DNA of 64,000 nt from the NCBI GenBank assembly GCA_963827685.1, contig CAWHBU010000003.1:480001-544000 (forward strand), in the 5' to 3' direction. The translations under genes and the position numbers were made by a program. Shown here in pieces: positions 18,993-28,660 of this stretch. Origin of the DNA: an uncultured delta proteobacterium (GTDB lineage: Bacteria > Desulfobacterota > BSN033 > UBA1163). Under the pieces are notes generated by a model. That model did no database searches. It saw only the letters and a list, made by a program, of their open reading frames with translations, and had not been told where the DNA came from. Each line of letters starts with the position of its first letter. Position 1 is the stretch's first letter.

Positions 18993-20147
18993 ATGACGGA
19001 GTTTGGAAATATGCCGTATAGACGATATGATTTGGACTGGTTGAAAGTTGGGGCGGTCTTGCTTCTGGTTCCCTACCATACTGCTATGATTTTTGTTTTA
19101 TGGCCATTCCACATCAAGAATCCAACCTTAAGCCCGGGGCTGACCGTTTTCAACGCATTTCTGCAGGCCTGGCATATGCCGCTGTTCTTTCTCCTTGCCG
19201 GGGCAGCTACCTGGTATGCTCTTGGCTACCGGAGCAGACGCACATACATCAGGGAAAGGCTTTTTCGGCTGGGGATCCCCCCTGGCTTTTGGGATACTGG
19301 CAATTATTCCGCCTCAAGTCTATGTGGAACGACTGTATCAACACCGCTTCAGCGGAACATATTTTCAATTCTACCCCAGCATTTTTACAACGGGCACTTA
19401 CCCGCATGGCAATTTAAGCTGGCATCATCTCTGGTTCATAGCATACCTTATCGTATTTTCCCTGCTGGCTCTTCCCCTTTTTCTGCGCCTGAAGGAGGGG
19501 ACCGGACAAGGAATAATGGTGCGCTGGACCTCTTACCTTGCGCAGGGGCGCCGCATATTTTTGCTCGCGCTCCCCCCCTAATGTTAATCCAAGCACTCTT
19601 AAGGATTCACTGGCCCCAGGGCAAAATGAACCTGACTAACGACTGGGCCAATTTTTTCTTTTATCTAACCTTGTTTGTCTATGGCTTCGTGCTCTGCTCC
19701 AATGATCGCCTCCGGGAGGCGGTTGTTCGTAACCGGTATATAGCACTTCCATTTGGTGTTATATGCTTTTTCTTTTTCCTGGCAACAAAGGACATCACCG
19801 GCAGTGAACCATGGTTGCGCTATAATGCCCGTGATATGGCGATTGTGGCTTTGCATGGTTTTAATACCTGGTGCTGGCTTCTCGTTATAATCGGATTGGG
19901 GATATCTTACCTTAATTTTACGAATAGGTTGCTGGCGTATTCCAACGAAGCCGCTTATCCTTTCTACGTACTGCATCAAACCATAATTTTAGTTCTGGGA
20001 TTCTATGTGGTGAACTTAGACTGGAGTATCTCCGCCAAATTCACCTTCATCATTGCGCTTTCTTTTTTGCTGACACTGCTTATCTATGAATCACTGGTGC
20101 GTAGAATCAAGCTGTTACGGTTTCTGCTCGGCATGAAGGCACGGTAA
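18993..20147 (+). CDS. Acyltransferase 3 (OpgC/MdoC-like) with two compensating poly-C frameshifts
   Basis: RRYDLDWLK, WHMPLFF and YPFYVLHQT in frame; conserved PPQVY...HLWFI.YL middle part is out of frame between C6 (19277-19282) and C7 (19572-19578). Confidence 0.8.
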   Translation: MTEFGNMPYRRYDLDWLKVGAVLLLVPYHTAMIFVLWPFHIKNPTLSPGLTVFNAFLQAWHMPLFFLLAGAATWYALGYRSRRTYIRERLFRLGIPPGFWDTGNYSASSLCGTTVSTPLQRNIFSILPQHFYNGHLPAWQFKLASSLVHSIPYRIFPAGSSPFSAPEGGDRTRNNGALDLLPCAGAPHIFARAPPLMLIQALLRIHWPQGKMNLTNDWANFFFYLTLFVYGFVLCSNDRLREAVVRNRYIALPFGVICFFFFLATKDITGSEPWLRYNARDMAIVALHGFNTWCWLLVIIGLGISYLNFTNRLLAYSNEAAYPFYVLHQTIILVLGFYVVNLDWSISAKFTFIIALSFLLTLLIYESLVRRIKLLRFLLGMKAR

Positions 20148-20314
20148 ATAACCTTTAAGAGATTTCGGCTAATTCTTATTTCCAATTTTTTAAGAGAATG
20201 AAGATTATCTGGAGTAGAATTCCTGGAAGCGGTGACGGAAAGAGTTGAGGGGCTTTACGCGAAAAAGAGTTGGGATCTGATCTCAATTTTTAAAAGTACT
20301 TGTTGATTGTCGAG

Positions 20315-20464
20315 AGCCTGTTGGAAAACTCATTTTTTTCAGGCTGATCAAAAATGCCCAGATACAAGGCACCCGAAATCCTGAGGAATGAGGCGTACTT
20401 GAATGTACGCTGCAATGACGAAGGATGAGGGGAACGCGGCAGATGGGCGTTTTTCAACAGCCTG
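20315..20464. mobile_element. MITE with (A)GCCTGTTG(G)AAAA...TTTTCAACAGCCT ends
   Basis: Imperfect TIRs; flanks rejoin to AAGTACTTGTTGATTGTCGAGAGCTGACCC, similar to 22804-22835. Confidence 0.65.
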
Positions 20465-20545
20465 TTGAGAGCTGACCCTCAGTTCTCATTGCTAATTTTA
20501 GGTTTGACCTCGACCTTTCCAGAAGTTAAATCAGCAAGGGAACCG

Positions 20546-21268
20546 TCATGATAGCTGAATTTGGAAACTTTTCTCAAAGTCATCAAAGGATTTCGTAAGA
20601 ATCTCCTCCATATTGACGAGGAATTGTGTTACCAGCTGGGTGTTGACGAACGCATTCACGAAGGCATCGTTCTTACAAACCAAATTCAGCCGTTTTACTT
20701 GATTCGTGCTTGAGACTCTCAATTCTTCTCCAAATCTCTTAATCATCCCTTTAATCTCTTCGAGGTTCCCATTATGAAGCCAGTACATATTCAGGTAGAC
20801 TCTGGTGGCTACCTCTCTTCCGCCCATAATCGGGATAATACCATAATAATACTTCCAGTATTTTTGCAACACCAGGTTATACCGCAATAAACTTAGGATA
20901 GAAACGTATTTGAGGGCATCCTGCATCGTTGTTGCCCTGACATGCACCAATTTGTCTTCATTCCCTTTGTACACGGCTATGATCTTGTCATAAGAGACGT
21001 ACTGATCGACAATATCCAAGAATGGAAGCATGGGTCTTATCGAATCGCAAATGTCTTCTTCATTTTTGTGCGGGCAAAAGTAGCATTTTTGGAAATCAAT
21101 GGCTTTTCTCTTATCCTCGGGTATTTTTGTAAGGTCCTGCCAATAACTATCCGTGACCTTTTCGATATTCTCTTTCGTAAGTTCTAACCTTGTTGAATCC
21201 GGGAAAAGGAGATAAAGCCCTTCCTTTTCAAAATCGCTCAGCCTCAAATCTAATATTCTATCTTCCAT
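20546..21268 (-). CDS. DUF6901-like protein
   Basis: FQKCYFCP....C, T.Q.AL, RL...C.NDA.VNA.V pattern; GGAGG RBS before MEDRIL. Confidence 0.6.
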   Translation of the reverse strand: MEDRILDLRLSDFEKEGLYLLFPDSTRLELTKENIEKVTDSYWQDLTKIPEDKRKAIDFQKCYFCPHKNEEDICDSIRPMLPFLDIVDQYVSYDKIIAVYKGNEDKLVHVRATTMQDALKYVSILSLLRYNLVLQKYWKYYYGIIPIMGGREVATRVYLNMYWLHNGNLEEIKGMIKRFGEELRVSSTNQVKRLNLVCKNDAFVNAFVNTQLVTQFLVNMEEILTKSFDDFEKSFQIQLS

Positions 21269-21332
21269 GATTCCTCCTTGTCTCTTACCGGAAATAGGGG
21301 AACGCAGGTCCTGAAACATTTCCCCCCAACAA

Positions 21333-21394
21333 GGCTAATTTCGCAGCGTTCACCTTTTCCACCAAATTCCGCTAACATTGAAGACCTGATCCTG
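21333..21394 (+). repeat. Repeat A copy 3
   Basis: GCAGCGTTCACCTTTTCCACCAAATTCCGCTAACATTGAAGACCTGATCCTG; ends 1 bp from the PIN toxin stop codon. Confidence 0.92.
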
Positions 21395-21395
21395 A

Positions 21396-21830
21396 TCAGA
21401 AATCATTATACATTTTTAGAAAATCGGATGCCTTGATGATTTTTGTAGATTTATATTGTTTCAAATCGAACAAATCCTTATCACCACTCACAATATAGTC
21501 TGCAGATCCTGAAATGGCACACGAAATGAACTTGTCATCTTCAGGATCTCTGCATATTCCCTTAACATCTTTAACCACCTCCACAATCTCGAAATATGGG
21601 AGAATCTCATATTTGATAATGGAGTCTGTCTCTTCTTGAGTGAGAGAGAACTTAGGGTATTCGAGAACGGTTACTAACTCACTAAATGTTTCTTTTGAAA
21701 TGACAGGGATAATCTTTCCCTTCTGCCACAGCCCGACGATCTTTGACAGTCCCCCTCTGAAGAGCAAAGCGGATACCAAGACATTCGTATCCAGCACAAC
21801 CCTTTTTACCTGTTTTTCCTTCTTGCCCAC
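21396..21830 (-). CDS. PIN-domain toxin (TIGR00305-like)
   Basis: RVVLDTNVLVSAL, CRDPEDDKFI, IVSGDKDL. Confidence 0.92.
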   Translation of the reverse strand: MGKKEKQVKRVVLDTNVLVSALLFRGGLSKIVGLWQKGKIIPVISKETFSELVTVLEYPKFSLTQEETDSIIKYEILPYFEIVEVVKDVKGICRDPEDDKFISCAISGSADYIVSGDKDLFDLKQYKSTKIIKASDFLKMYNDF

Positions 21831-22045
21831 CGAATGGCCTCACCGACGTCTTTTTCATTAATCCCCAGCCTTCTCATTTTCTCTCTCACACTTTCAATAC
21901 CCGATCCCATAGGCGATATCTTGACCGGCATCAAAAGGATTTTGTCATCCTGGATGCGGACATCAAAATATTGAGCATCAGGAAAGGCGTTGACGACCGC
22001 CTTGGGTAACGTAATTTGATTCTTGGATGTTTTTTTGGCAAGCAT
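21806..22045 (-). CDS. AbrB/MazE-like antitoxin
   Basis: MLAKKTSKNQITLPK; overlaps the PIN gene. Confidence 0.9.
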   Translation of the reverse strand: MLAKKTSKNQITLPKAVVNAFPDAQYFDVRIQDDKILLMPVKISPMGSGIESVREKMRRLGINEKDVGEAIRWARRKNR

Positions 22046-22259
22046 ACTTCCTTACCTCCTTACAATAAGGATACCTTACTTATCTGAAATTTTCAACAAC
22101 TATTTTTCAGGCTCACCAAAGCCTAAAGAGAGGATAAACACCGGCCCGGCAGGCCACCTCCACCCTGTTCGGAAGAATCAGAGGCACTAACTCAAAAAAT
22201 GCGATGTCTCCCTGCTTTTAGAAACGAATAAAGAAGGTGAAATACGACTCCGTCCCCAA

Positions 22260-22655
22260 CTACTGAGATTTAACAATTATTTGGTCGGGGCCACGGACAA
22301 TAATTTCAGGCTTCCCACGGTAGCTTTCTATGACACCGGTGACGCAAATCCTTTTCGCCTTAAAAAATGTCTCTGGAGGATTCTTAAACTTATTCCTGTC
22401 AGATCCCCAAATGAGAACCGTAAAAATTTGGTTTGGGTATGGTTGATCAAGATTTAGAAAAGTAGGTCGTCCTTTGCTTCGAACTGCATAGGTGGTACTC
22501 GCTACCGTCCCACAAACTGTTTTCTCCATCCCAATATATTTGTGGGCATCTATTGGATTGACGTACTCTTGTTGAGCAATAGAGGTAGATGCACAAACTA
22601 AAAACGCAAGAATTAGGAGTATAAAATAGGCGAGGGATTTGATAGACTTCCTCAT
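22260..22655 (-). CDS. Exported OB-fold nucleic-acid-binding protein
   Basis: Signal peptide, VCG.V, PTFLNL..PYPNQ.F, VTG.I..Y.GKPEI. Confidence 0.8.
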   Translation of the reverse strand: MRKSIKSLAYFILLILAFLVCASTSIAQQEYVNPIDAHKYIGMEKTVCGTVASTTYAVRSKGRPTFLNLDQPYPNQIFTVLIWGSDRNKFKNPPETFFKAKRICVTGVIESYRGKPEIIVRGPDQIIVKSQ

Positions 22656-22736
22656 CGGTATATCTCCAAATTCATAGCTCTCCGTGTAGGCTCAATGTGG
22701 GTCTCTCACCCCATCTCGCAAGATCCGCCGTAGTCC

Positions 22737-22770
22737 TTTAGCGGTCACCTTTTCCACCAAATTCCGCCAA
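22737..22770 (+). repeat. Repeat A copy 4
   Basis: TTTAGCGGTCACCTTTTCCACCAAATTCCGCCAA. Confidence 0.85.
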
Positions 22771-22988
22771 GGATTTAATTACCGTGGGGCTTCACCCTTT
22801 GACAAGTAGTTGTTGATTGTTGGGGGACCTGACCCTTTCCCCTATTCGATGATTTCCTTTTTTCCATTGCTCCCTCCTTTCGGCCATTAACGTGCCCTAA
22901 GTAACGTCTGCTAATCCATTTACTCTGACCAGCCCTGTGTTAAGGGCTGACCCCAAGTCTTCCGGAAGGTCGCCTTCTTGATGAATGG

Positions 22989-24305
22989 CTACATTTCCGT
23001 AATCCACTTCTTTCCCTGTTTTTGAACTCCTCCTGCCATCGCTTTGAGAAATGAGGATCGGAGTATGTCACTCATAAGAATCGCCTTCACCGGTGGAAGT
23101 CTCAAGAATCCCCCTACAAAGCCTCGCATGAATTTCTGGGTGATACTTTGAGGATTATCGAATATCTGGTTCTGAAGTGTTCCCCTCTCCAGGCTTTGTA
23201 GAATGACCCGTTCAAACGTGGTTTCCGGATGGAGAACCCGTTTTTCCCGTTTTACCAGAGTGACCGCACCGGTACTGCAGCTTAAGGCACATACGCCGCA
23301 TCCGAGGCAAATAGAGGTATCGATAATAGCATCTTTTTTCTTCTTGGTTTGTGGGTGATCTATCGGAATCATCTGAATCGCATCGATCGGACAGGCCTTC
23401 GCACACTTTCCACAGCCGAGACAGGCGTCAGGATTGTTCTTGGCGAGAAAGTTGGAAGTGACCACCGTATTCGGGTAACCGAATTTGCTGATCCCCGCGA
23501 GAGCATTGCAGCAGTCCTTACAGCAGTGACAGATAAAGGTTACATTTCTTTTTATATTGTCTGCACAGAGCACGAGCTTCATCTCTACGGACTGTGCCAG
23601 GTTTTCCAGCATCTCGGATTTGGAAACCTCTTTTGCCAGTTTGTTCCTGATCAGGTAGTCTGCAGCGAAATTAAAAGAAGAACACTTTTCCAGAGGAATA
23701 TCACACTCCTTTTCACCTATGTGTAATTTTTCATGGCGGCATGAACATATCCCAATTGAAAACTTCTCAGAGGATTCAACAATGCCGGCAGCCTTTTCGT
23801 AATCCAGAACCTCTATATACTCCGACGCGTCAATAGCCTCCCAGTGAGGCAGCGCACGGATAACGGAGACCTTATCGCCTTTCTTCGCGTTCATTGCATA
23901 AAGTTCTCCATTGTTAGCGTTCAGATATTGGTGAAATAGATGCGCCAGTGCTTTGGAATCAACGCCCTCCCCTGTTCGCATCATACTAAACTCAAAAATA
24001 CCGATCATAATCGGCGAAGGCATGTAGTGATAGGCGTCATTGGCCCAAAAGTCGATCACGAGACCTTTTGAGCACAAACTCTCGAGGATCTTTTGAAGTT
24101 CTGAGCTTTCGTATTTTGTCACCTGCGCGATACGATTGAGGTCGGACATGCCGTACGGCATTTTCACAACCACATCCGCTTCCTTTTCGGAATAAAGACT
24201 TTTTAAGAGCTCGTAAAACGCCTCATTCCAGGGAGCCCTGAGAGGTAGATTATCGATCTTCGTTCCCAACCTTCGAAAAATCTCTTTACCGTCTGCATGT
24301 CCCAT
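22989..24305 (-). CDS. 4Fe-4S dicluster domain protein with N-terminal winged helix
   Basis: C.CR, ICHCCKDCC and two CxxCxxCxxxC motifs. Confidence 0.88.
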   Translation of the reverse strand: MGHADGKEIFRRLGTKIDNLPLRAPWNEAFYELLKSLYSEKEADVVVKMPYGMSDLNRIAQVTKYESSELQKILESLCSKGLVIDFWANDAYHYMPSPIMIGIFEFSMMRTGEGVDSKALAHLFHQYLNANNGELYAMNAKKGDKVSVIRALPHWEAIDASEYIEVLDYEKAAGIVESSEKFSIGICSCRHEKLHIGEKECDIPLEKCSSFNFAADYLIRNKLAKEVSKSEMLENLAQSVEMKLVLCADNIKRNVTFICHCCKDCCNALAGISKFGYPNTVVTSNFLAKNNPDACLGCGKCAKACPIDAIQMIPIDHPQTKKKKDAIIDTSICLGCGVCALSCSTGAVTLVKREKRVLHPETTFERVILQSLERGTLQNQIFDNPQSITQKFMRGFVGGFLRLPPVKAILMSDILRSSFLKAMAGGVQKQGKKWITEM

Positions 24306-24352
24306 ATCCAAGCTCCTTTCTCGCCGAGGTTCCTCTCATAATGCGGGCCAAC

Positions 24353-24413
24353 TCTATTTTCTTAGCGTTCACCTTTTCCAGCAAATTCTGCTGACATTTA
24401 AGATCTGAGCCTG
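24353..24413 (+). repeat. Repeat A copy 5
   Basis: TCTATTTTCTTAGCGTTCACCTTTTCCAGCAAATTCTGCTGACATTTAAGATCTGAGCCTG. Confidence 0.9.
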
Positions 24414-24487
24414 TGTTTTGGCACTTTAGATTTCAAAAAGTTATTTCAGGTTTCGAGGCCTAAGACTTTAACCCTTTTTCGAAAAAA

Positions 24488-25264
24488 TCAAACGGGGCTT
24501 TTCCATCTTTCGTAATTCCAATCAGACTTCATTTCATCTTGGTGGGACTTACAATACTCAATACCGGCATCGGTAAGAAAAATCTGCCCATTTTCAAGAT
24601 TAATATCTACCAACCCATGAAGCATCGCCAGTTTTGCACCTGAAGCATAGATTGGATAGTTAGGATTGAGAGATCCTACTGCAAAAGTCCATATTCTAGG
24701 GTAATATTGTTGCTGATGATTCCAAAGAGTTGATAAGACCTTTAATGCATCCTGTGTGATCTCCAGTTCCTTTTTGTTTTCTGGTTCCTTTTCCTCCATC
24801 GCCGTTATGATACCTTCCTCCCTCATGAAATCCTCTGTATTCACCTTTATTTTCTGCATGCGGGGAATCCCCAGATGCGTTTCAACTACCCTTTTCTCTT
24901 TATCAATGATTGGTTCCGGTTTTTGACCCACTCCCCAGAATACAAGATTTGTCTGTTGAGTAACTTGGTTCTTAATACTGATTGAAAGCATATCAGACCT
25001 CAAATTGATTATCTGCTCTTTCATTTCCGATTTGAGAGAATCGACTTCCTTTTTCAGTTTGATACCAAAAATGTCAATCTCCTGAAAGAGTGGCAGAAGA
25101 AGCAAACAAATCCAGATTACAAAGATAAAAACATCCACTGAAGTAGTTGATCCCAGTTTAAAAGCAGGGAAACCGAAAATTGCATAGATTAAACCAAGCG
25201 TAACTAATATTCCCCACCAAATATTTTTGAATTTAATATTTTTAAACTTATCCGATAATTTCAT
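24488..25264 (-). CDS. Hypothetical 2-TM protein; RBS displaced by IS630
   Basis: True start MKLSDKF; the longer ORF-track N-terminus is IS-derived. Confidence 0.65.
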   Translation of the reverse strand: MKLSDKFKNIKFKNIWWGILVTLGLIYAIFGFPAFKLGSTTSVDVFIFVIWICLLLLPLFQEIDIFGIKLKKEVDSLKSEMKEQIINLRSDMLSISIKNQVTQQTNLVFWGVGQKPEPIIDKEKRVVETHLGIPRMQKIKVNTEDFMREEGIITAMEEKEPENKKELEITQDALKVLSTLWNHQQQYYPRIWTFAVGSLNPNYPIYASGAKLAMLHGLVDINLENGQIFLTDAGIEYCKSHQDEMKSDWNYERWKSPV

Positions 25265-25267
25265 ATC

Positions 25268-26376
25268 TAATACAAACGCATTAAGTAATGTTACATAGCC
25301 TACGAATCTTTTGACAAGACCATGAGCGAGTTGTTTTACAAACGACAGACCAAAGATTATCAAGGTTTTCAAACCAACGGTTGGTGGTGGATTCATAGCG
25401 AACACTGCGCCAAATCCGTTCTTGCACGTTTAATCCCGGTTGATACGGGGGTAAATATTCGATATGGAGCCTCGGATGTTTTTTAAGAAATTGTTCGATG
25501 GGATCGCCTCTGTGCCAGCGGGCCCTGTCGACATAAAGCCAAATGGTATATTCTTTAAACCTTCCATAGAGGTGGCGCAAAAGTTTGAGAAACCCTTCTC
25601 TATCCCCCCGTTTTGTCTGAATCATGCCATAGCGTCCAAGCAAAGGATTGACCCACCCAGAGATATTCAAACGGATACGATGCTGGCTGGTCGTGGGAAT
25701 CTTAAGACGCTTTCCTTTTTTCGCCCAGCCCCGGCTAAGCCTGGGGTGCATCGTAAAGCCTGTCTCATCCTGGAATACAATTGTCTCTTTTGGCCCCAGG
25801 GACTCAAGTTTTTTTTAAAGCCCGCTGGAACTTTCGGGCTTCTTGGCTTTGTGCTTGAAGATAAGAATAACTCGCTCTCTTTAACCGATAACCCAAATGA
25901 TGCATCCAGCGTTGGGCTTGCCGCACCTTCAGGTTTATCCCGAAAGACCGTTTCAGATGAATCGCAACCGTTGGCCCATCCCATTGAGTCCGGTTTAAAC
26001 CAAATTCCCGCGGAGACTTCTCTAAGTGTCCCTCCAGCACCCTTTGAATCTTTGTCTCTAACCGTGGAGGCCTTCCCGATCTTGGCTTGGATTTTAAGAA
26101 CTCTAAGCCGTCTTTGTTCACCCCGTGAATCCATCGGCTTAAACTCATCCGGGTCAACCCTAACACCTCGGTTATCCATCCCGGACGTTGCCCTTCAAGC
26201 ACCAGGAGTAAGGCGGCTATCTTTATGCCTATCCAAGCCCCTGATATTTGTTCGGCTAATGCTAATAAACGCTCTTTATTGGCCTCTTTATGCTCTAAGA
26301 TTAATGTGGGATTTTTCATGCCCACATATTAACATAAATAAACTGTTATGTCACTTTATTTAGGACGTTTGTATTA
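25268..26376 (-). mobile_element. IS630-family element, two ORFs joined by a frameshift
   Basis: HTH ORF 25804-26325 ending at an A-run (ALKKT); DDE ORF with D.A.WH, LPPYQP.LN..E.IW; TIR TAATACAAACG...; TA at both ends. Confidence 0.9.
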
Positions 26377-26471
26377 ATATCCTCTTAGATTAGAATAAGT
26401 ATACAAAAACACGGCGTCACGCCTTGAAATGTGAATTAATTTAATTCACAAGTCTCAAAATGACCTAATAG

Positions 26472-26599
26472 AGGTCAACTCCATTTTCTTGCCGTTCACC
26501 TTTCCCACCAAATTCTACTAACATTGAAGACCTGATCCTGCATTCGCTCCACAGTCCAATAAAAACTTCTGTCAAATTTCAAGACCAGGCACCAGTTAC
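26472..26599 (+). repeat. Repeat A copy 6 (long form)
   Basis: CATTTTCTTGCCGTTCACCTTTCCCACCAAATTCTACTAACATTGAAGACCTGATCCTG...CTGTCAAATTTCAAGACCAGGCACC. Confidence 0.92.
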
Positions 26600-26677
26600 T
26601 TCCAGTTACTTTGAATGGCTATTTGTTTCAATGTCAATGGCGACAAACTCATTTGATTTTGTCATACTTTATGCGTT

Positions 26678-28102
26678 CTAGCTTCGCAAAATTTCTTTTA
26701 ACCCAGTCATTATCACATGCATCGCCATGACGTCATCTTCATTGTACTGGAGAATTTTAGTGAAAAGAGTTTTGTCCTTAGTTTTTAACCACTCGTCATA
26801 CCACGCTTCTGAATTAGAACCACTGGCATCCTCAGCCCGCCATTTAAACCCAAAGACGGGAGCTACTTCTTTTATGCTGAAGGTAGTGACAGGAAGGGCG
26901 AGGGCTTCTTTCACGACTTCTTTAAGATCGACAAATTGCTTCAACATGCGACTGATGGCCTTTTCATGTTTTGGATAACGCTCGGCCATGGAGCTTATCC
27001 AGCCGATTTCAAATGTGGTCCAGGTATAAATCACAGCATCAAGGTGATGGCTTAAAAAGGAAAGCAACTCGATCAGAACCTTTTCCTCATCCTCGATTGC
27101 TTGTGCTGCAAATTGCCTGACTTCGGTTTTTTTACCATTGTCTATGAAGAGACCGTGTAAATAAAGCGTTTGTCCATAGGTCTCGATGTCATAGTAAATG
27201 ATGGTCTGTCGTTCTGGGGGAAGCTTTACTTTAGCTTTCAGCAGTGGCTTATTAGTATGCCAGGCCCTGGCGTTGAGATGAATTTCATTGGCCAGATCTT
27301 GCTTAAGATCAAATTTGTTTGCTATCTGGTTTGGAGTGAGCTTAACCAAGCGATCATAAGTGGCAACACCGCCATCGATCAGCTTCCGCACGAGACGAGA
27401 GTTCATTCCAGACAAAACCGTTACCAACTTCTGGTCTTTGCGATCCGAGTCACAGTGGTCACTCCATGGGCAATTGCCACACTCAGAACAGCGTAGTGGC
27501 AGGGTTGAAACCTCCCTTTTTTCAACAGATAAAGCTTGTGCAAGTGCAGCTTTGATTTTGGTGATCTCAGAGTCAAGGTCAACACCAGCCCGGCTTTGAT
27601 CCTTTAAAATAATGGCCCCATCAAGAGGCATGAATCCTAACGCCTCTTGTAGCATGAAGGAATAAGCCGCAAGTTGAAGTTTGTCCTTAAACGTGACCTT
27701 TGCGTGTGATTTAATGTCAACGGGGCTATATGAAAATGACCCTAGCTTAGATTTCCTCTTTGTTTTCTCCAGTAAGTCTGGCAGACCGAATGTACGTCCG
27801 TTCTTCAGAACACCTTTATAAATTAGGGGCGCACACTTTCGCATGAGCTCCAGGGTAGGCTCGATGCCTTCCCACGGTTTGTCTTCGGGATACTCGGGTT
27901 GCACGACTTTGAGTTTTGCTATGACTTCGTCTTCGTGTACAATCCCCGCATCCATGCGAAGCTGTGCTCCGGCATCGGGCTCTGTTACTAAAGTGGCGTC
28001 GCCAAAACACTGCAAATGCCAAAAGTGAGCACAGGTATGAATGCGCGCGAGAGCGCTGGCACTAATAAGTGATTCACCTGGTTTTTTTACGGTTATTGAC
28101 AT
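26678..28102 (-). CDS. TM0106-family RecB/Cas4-like nuclease with C-terminal RNase H-like (YprB) domain
   Basis: PDLL...PVDIK PD-(D/E)XK core, CxxCxWxxxC, YYDIET, FSIKEVAP..GF.WR, YNEDDV. Confidence 0.85.
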   Translation of the reverse strand: MSITVKKPGESLISASALARIHTCAHFWHLQCFGDATLVTEPDAGAQLRMDAGIVHEDEVIAKLKVVQPEYPEDKPWEGIEPTLELMRKCAPLIYKGVLKNGRTFGLPDLLEKTKRKSKLGSFSYSPVDIKSHAKVTFKDKLQLAAYSFMLQEALGFMPLDGAIILKDQSRAGVDLDSEITKIKAALAQALSVEKREVSTLPLRCSECGNCPWSDHCDSDRKDQKLVTVLSGMNSRLVRKLIDGGVATYDRLVKLTPNQIANKFDLKQDLANEIHLNARAWHTNKPLLKAKVKLPPERQTIIYYDIETYGQTLYLHGLFIDNGKKTEVRQFAAQAIEDEEKVLIELLSFLSHHLDAVIYTWTTFEIGWISSMAERYPKHEKAISRMLKQFVDLKEVVKEALALPVTTFSIKEVAPVFGFKWRAEDASGSNSEAWYDEWLKTKDKTLFTKILQYNEDDVMAMHVIMTGLKEILRS

Positions 28103-28286
28103 AACTTGCCCGTTTCGAATTTTACCTGAGCATATTCGAGCTGCATATACTCGGAGGATAGGTACCCATAACGGCATCTCAGGTCACTGATTTCAGGTTA
28201 AACAAGGGGGGCGGCCCTAATTACAAAGAGAGCCGCCTCCCTCAACCTTCATTGGGCGACATTCAAGTTTGCAATGTCGCCAGATG

Positions 28287-28398
28287 CATTTTCTTAGCGT
28301 TCAACTTCTCCATCAAATTCTGCTAGCATTGAAGACCTGCCCATAGATTCGCTCCACACTTCAATAAAATCTTCTGTCAATTTTCAAGGCCAGGCACC
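28287..28398 (+). repeat. Repeat A copy 7 (long form)
   Basis: CATTTTCTTAGCGTTCAACTTCTCCATCAAATTCTGCTAGCATTGAAGACCTG...CTGTCAATTTTCAAGGCCAGGCACC. Confidence 0.92.
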
Positions 28399-28589
28399 AT
28401 TTGGGATAGTACAATGCCTCTTGGAAAAAGCTTTTTTGCCAAATTGGTGACTTCATTTCCCTGGTCGAGGATGAACTTGGTTGCCTCATCCGCTTCTGGT
28501 ATTTCTCCCGGTTCGTTGAAAACAAACCATAACAATTTGGGGCACTGCAAACCATTCATATATTTGGATTTTGAGATTACTTTATGCAT
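28399..28589 (-). pseudogene. N-terminal fragment of a DUF2779-type Cas4-like nuclease, cut at repeat A7
   Basis: ISKSKYMNGLQCPKLLW...QGNEV..LA..LFP.G, then runs into the repeat. Confidence 0.75.
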
Positions 28590-28660
28590 TGTTTCACCCC
28601 TCGGTGAAAAGGTTCGATTCTTGATTGCCCCCAACGTTTTTGAAGCTTAAAGTTGTAAAT

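Noticed and set aside
21333-21394. Repeat A as a canonical attC
   Set aside because: No RYYYAAC...GTTRRRY outer boxes; GTTAGCG is internal and does not fit the core consensus; no intI in the window.
25464-26363. Long antisense ORFs over IS630 elements (also 42052-43074) and other shadow ORFs in the track
   Set aside because: They lie opposite or out of frame to recognisable genes and show no family motifs.
26560-26590. TTGACA in the long repeat form as a portable sigma70 promoter
   Set aside because: No -10 hexamer at 16-18 bp in any of the five long copies.
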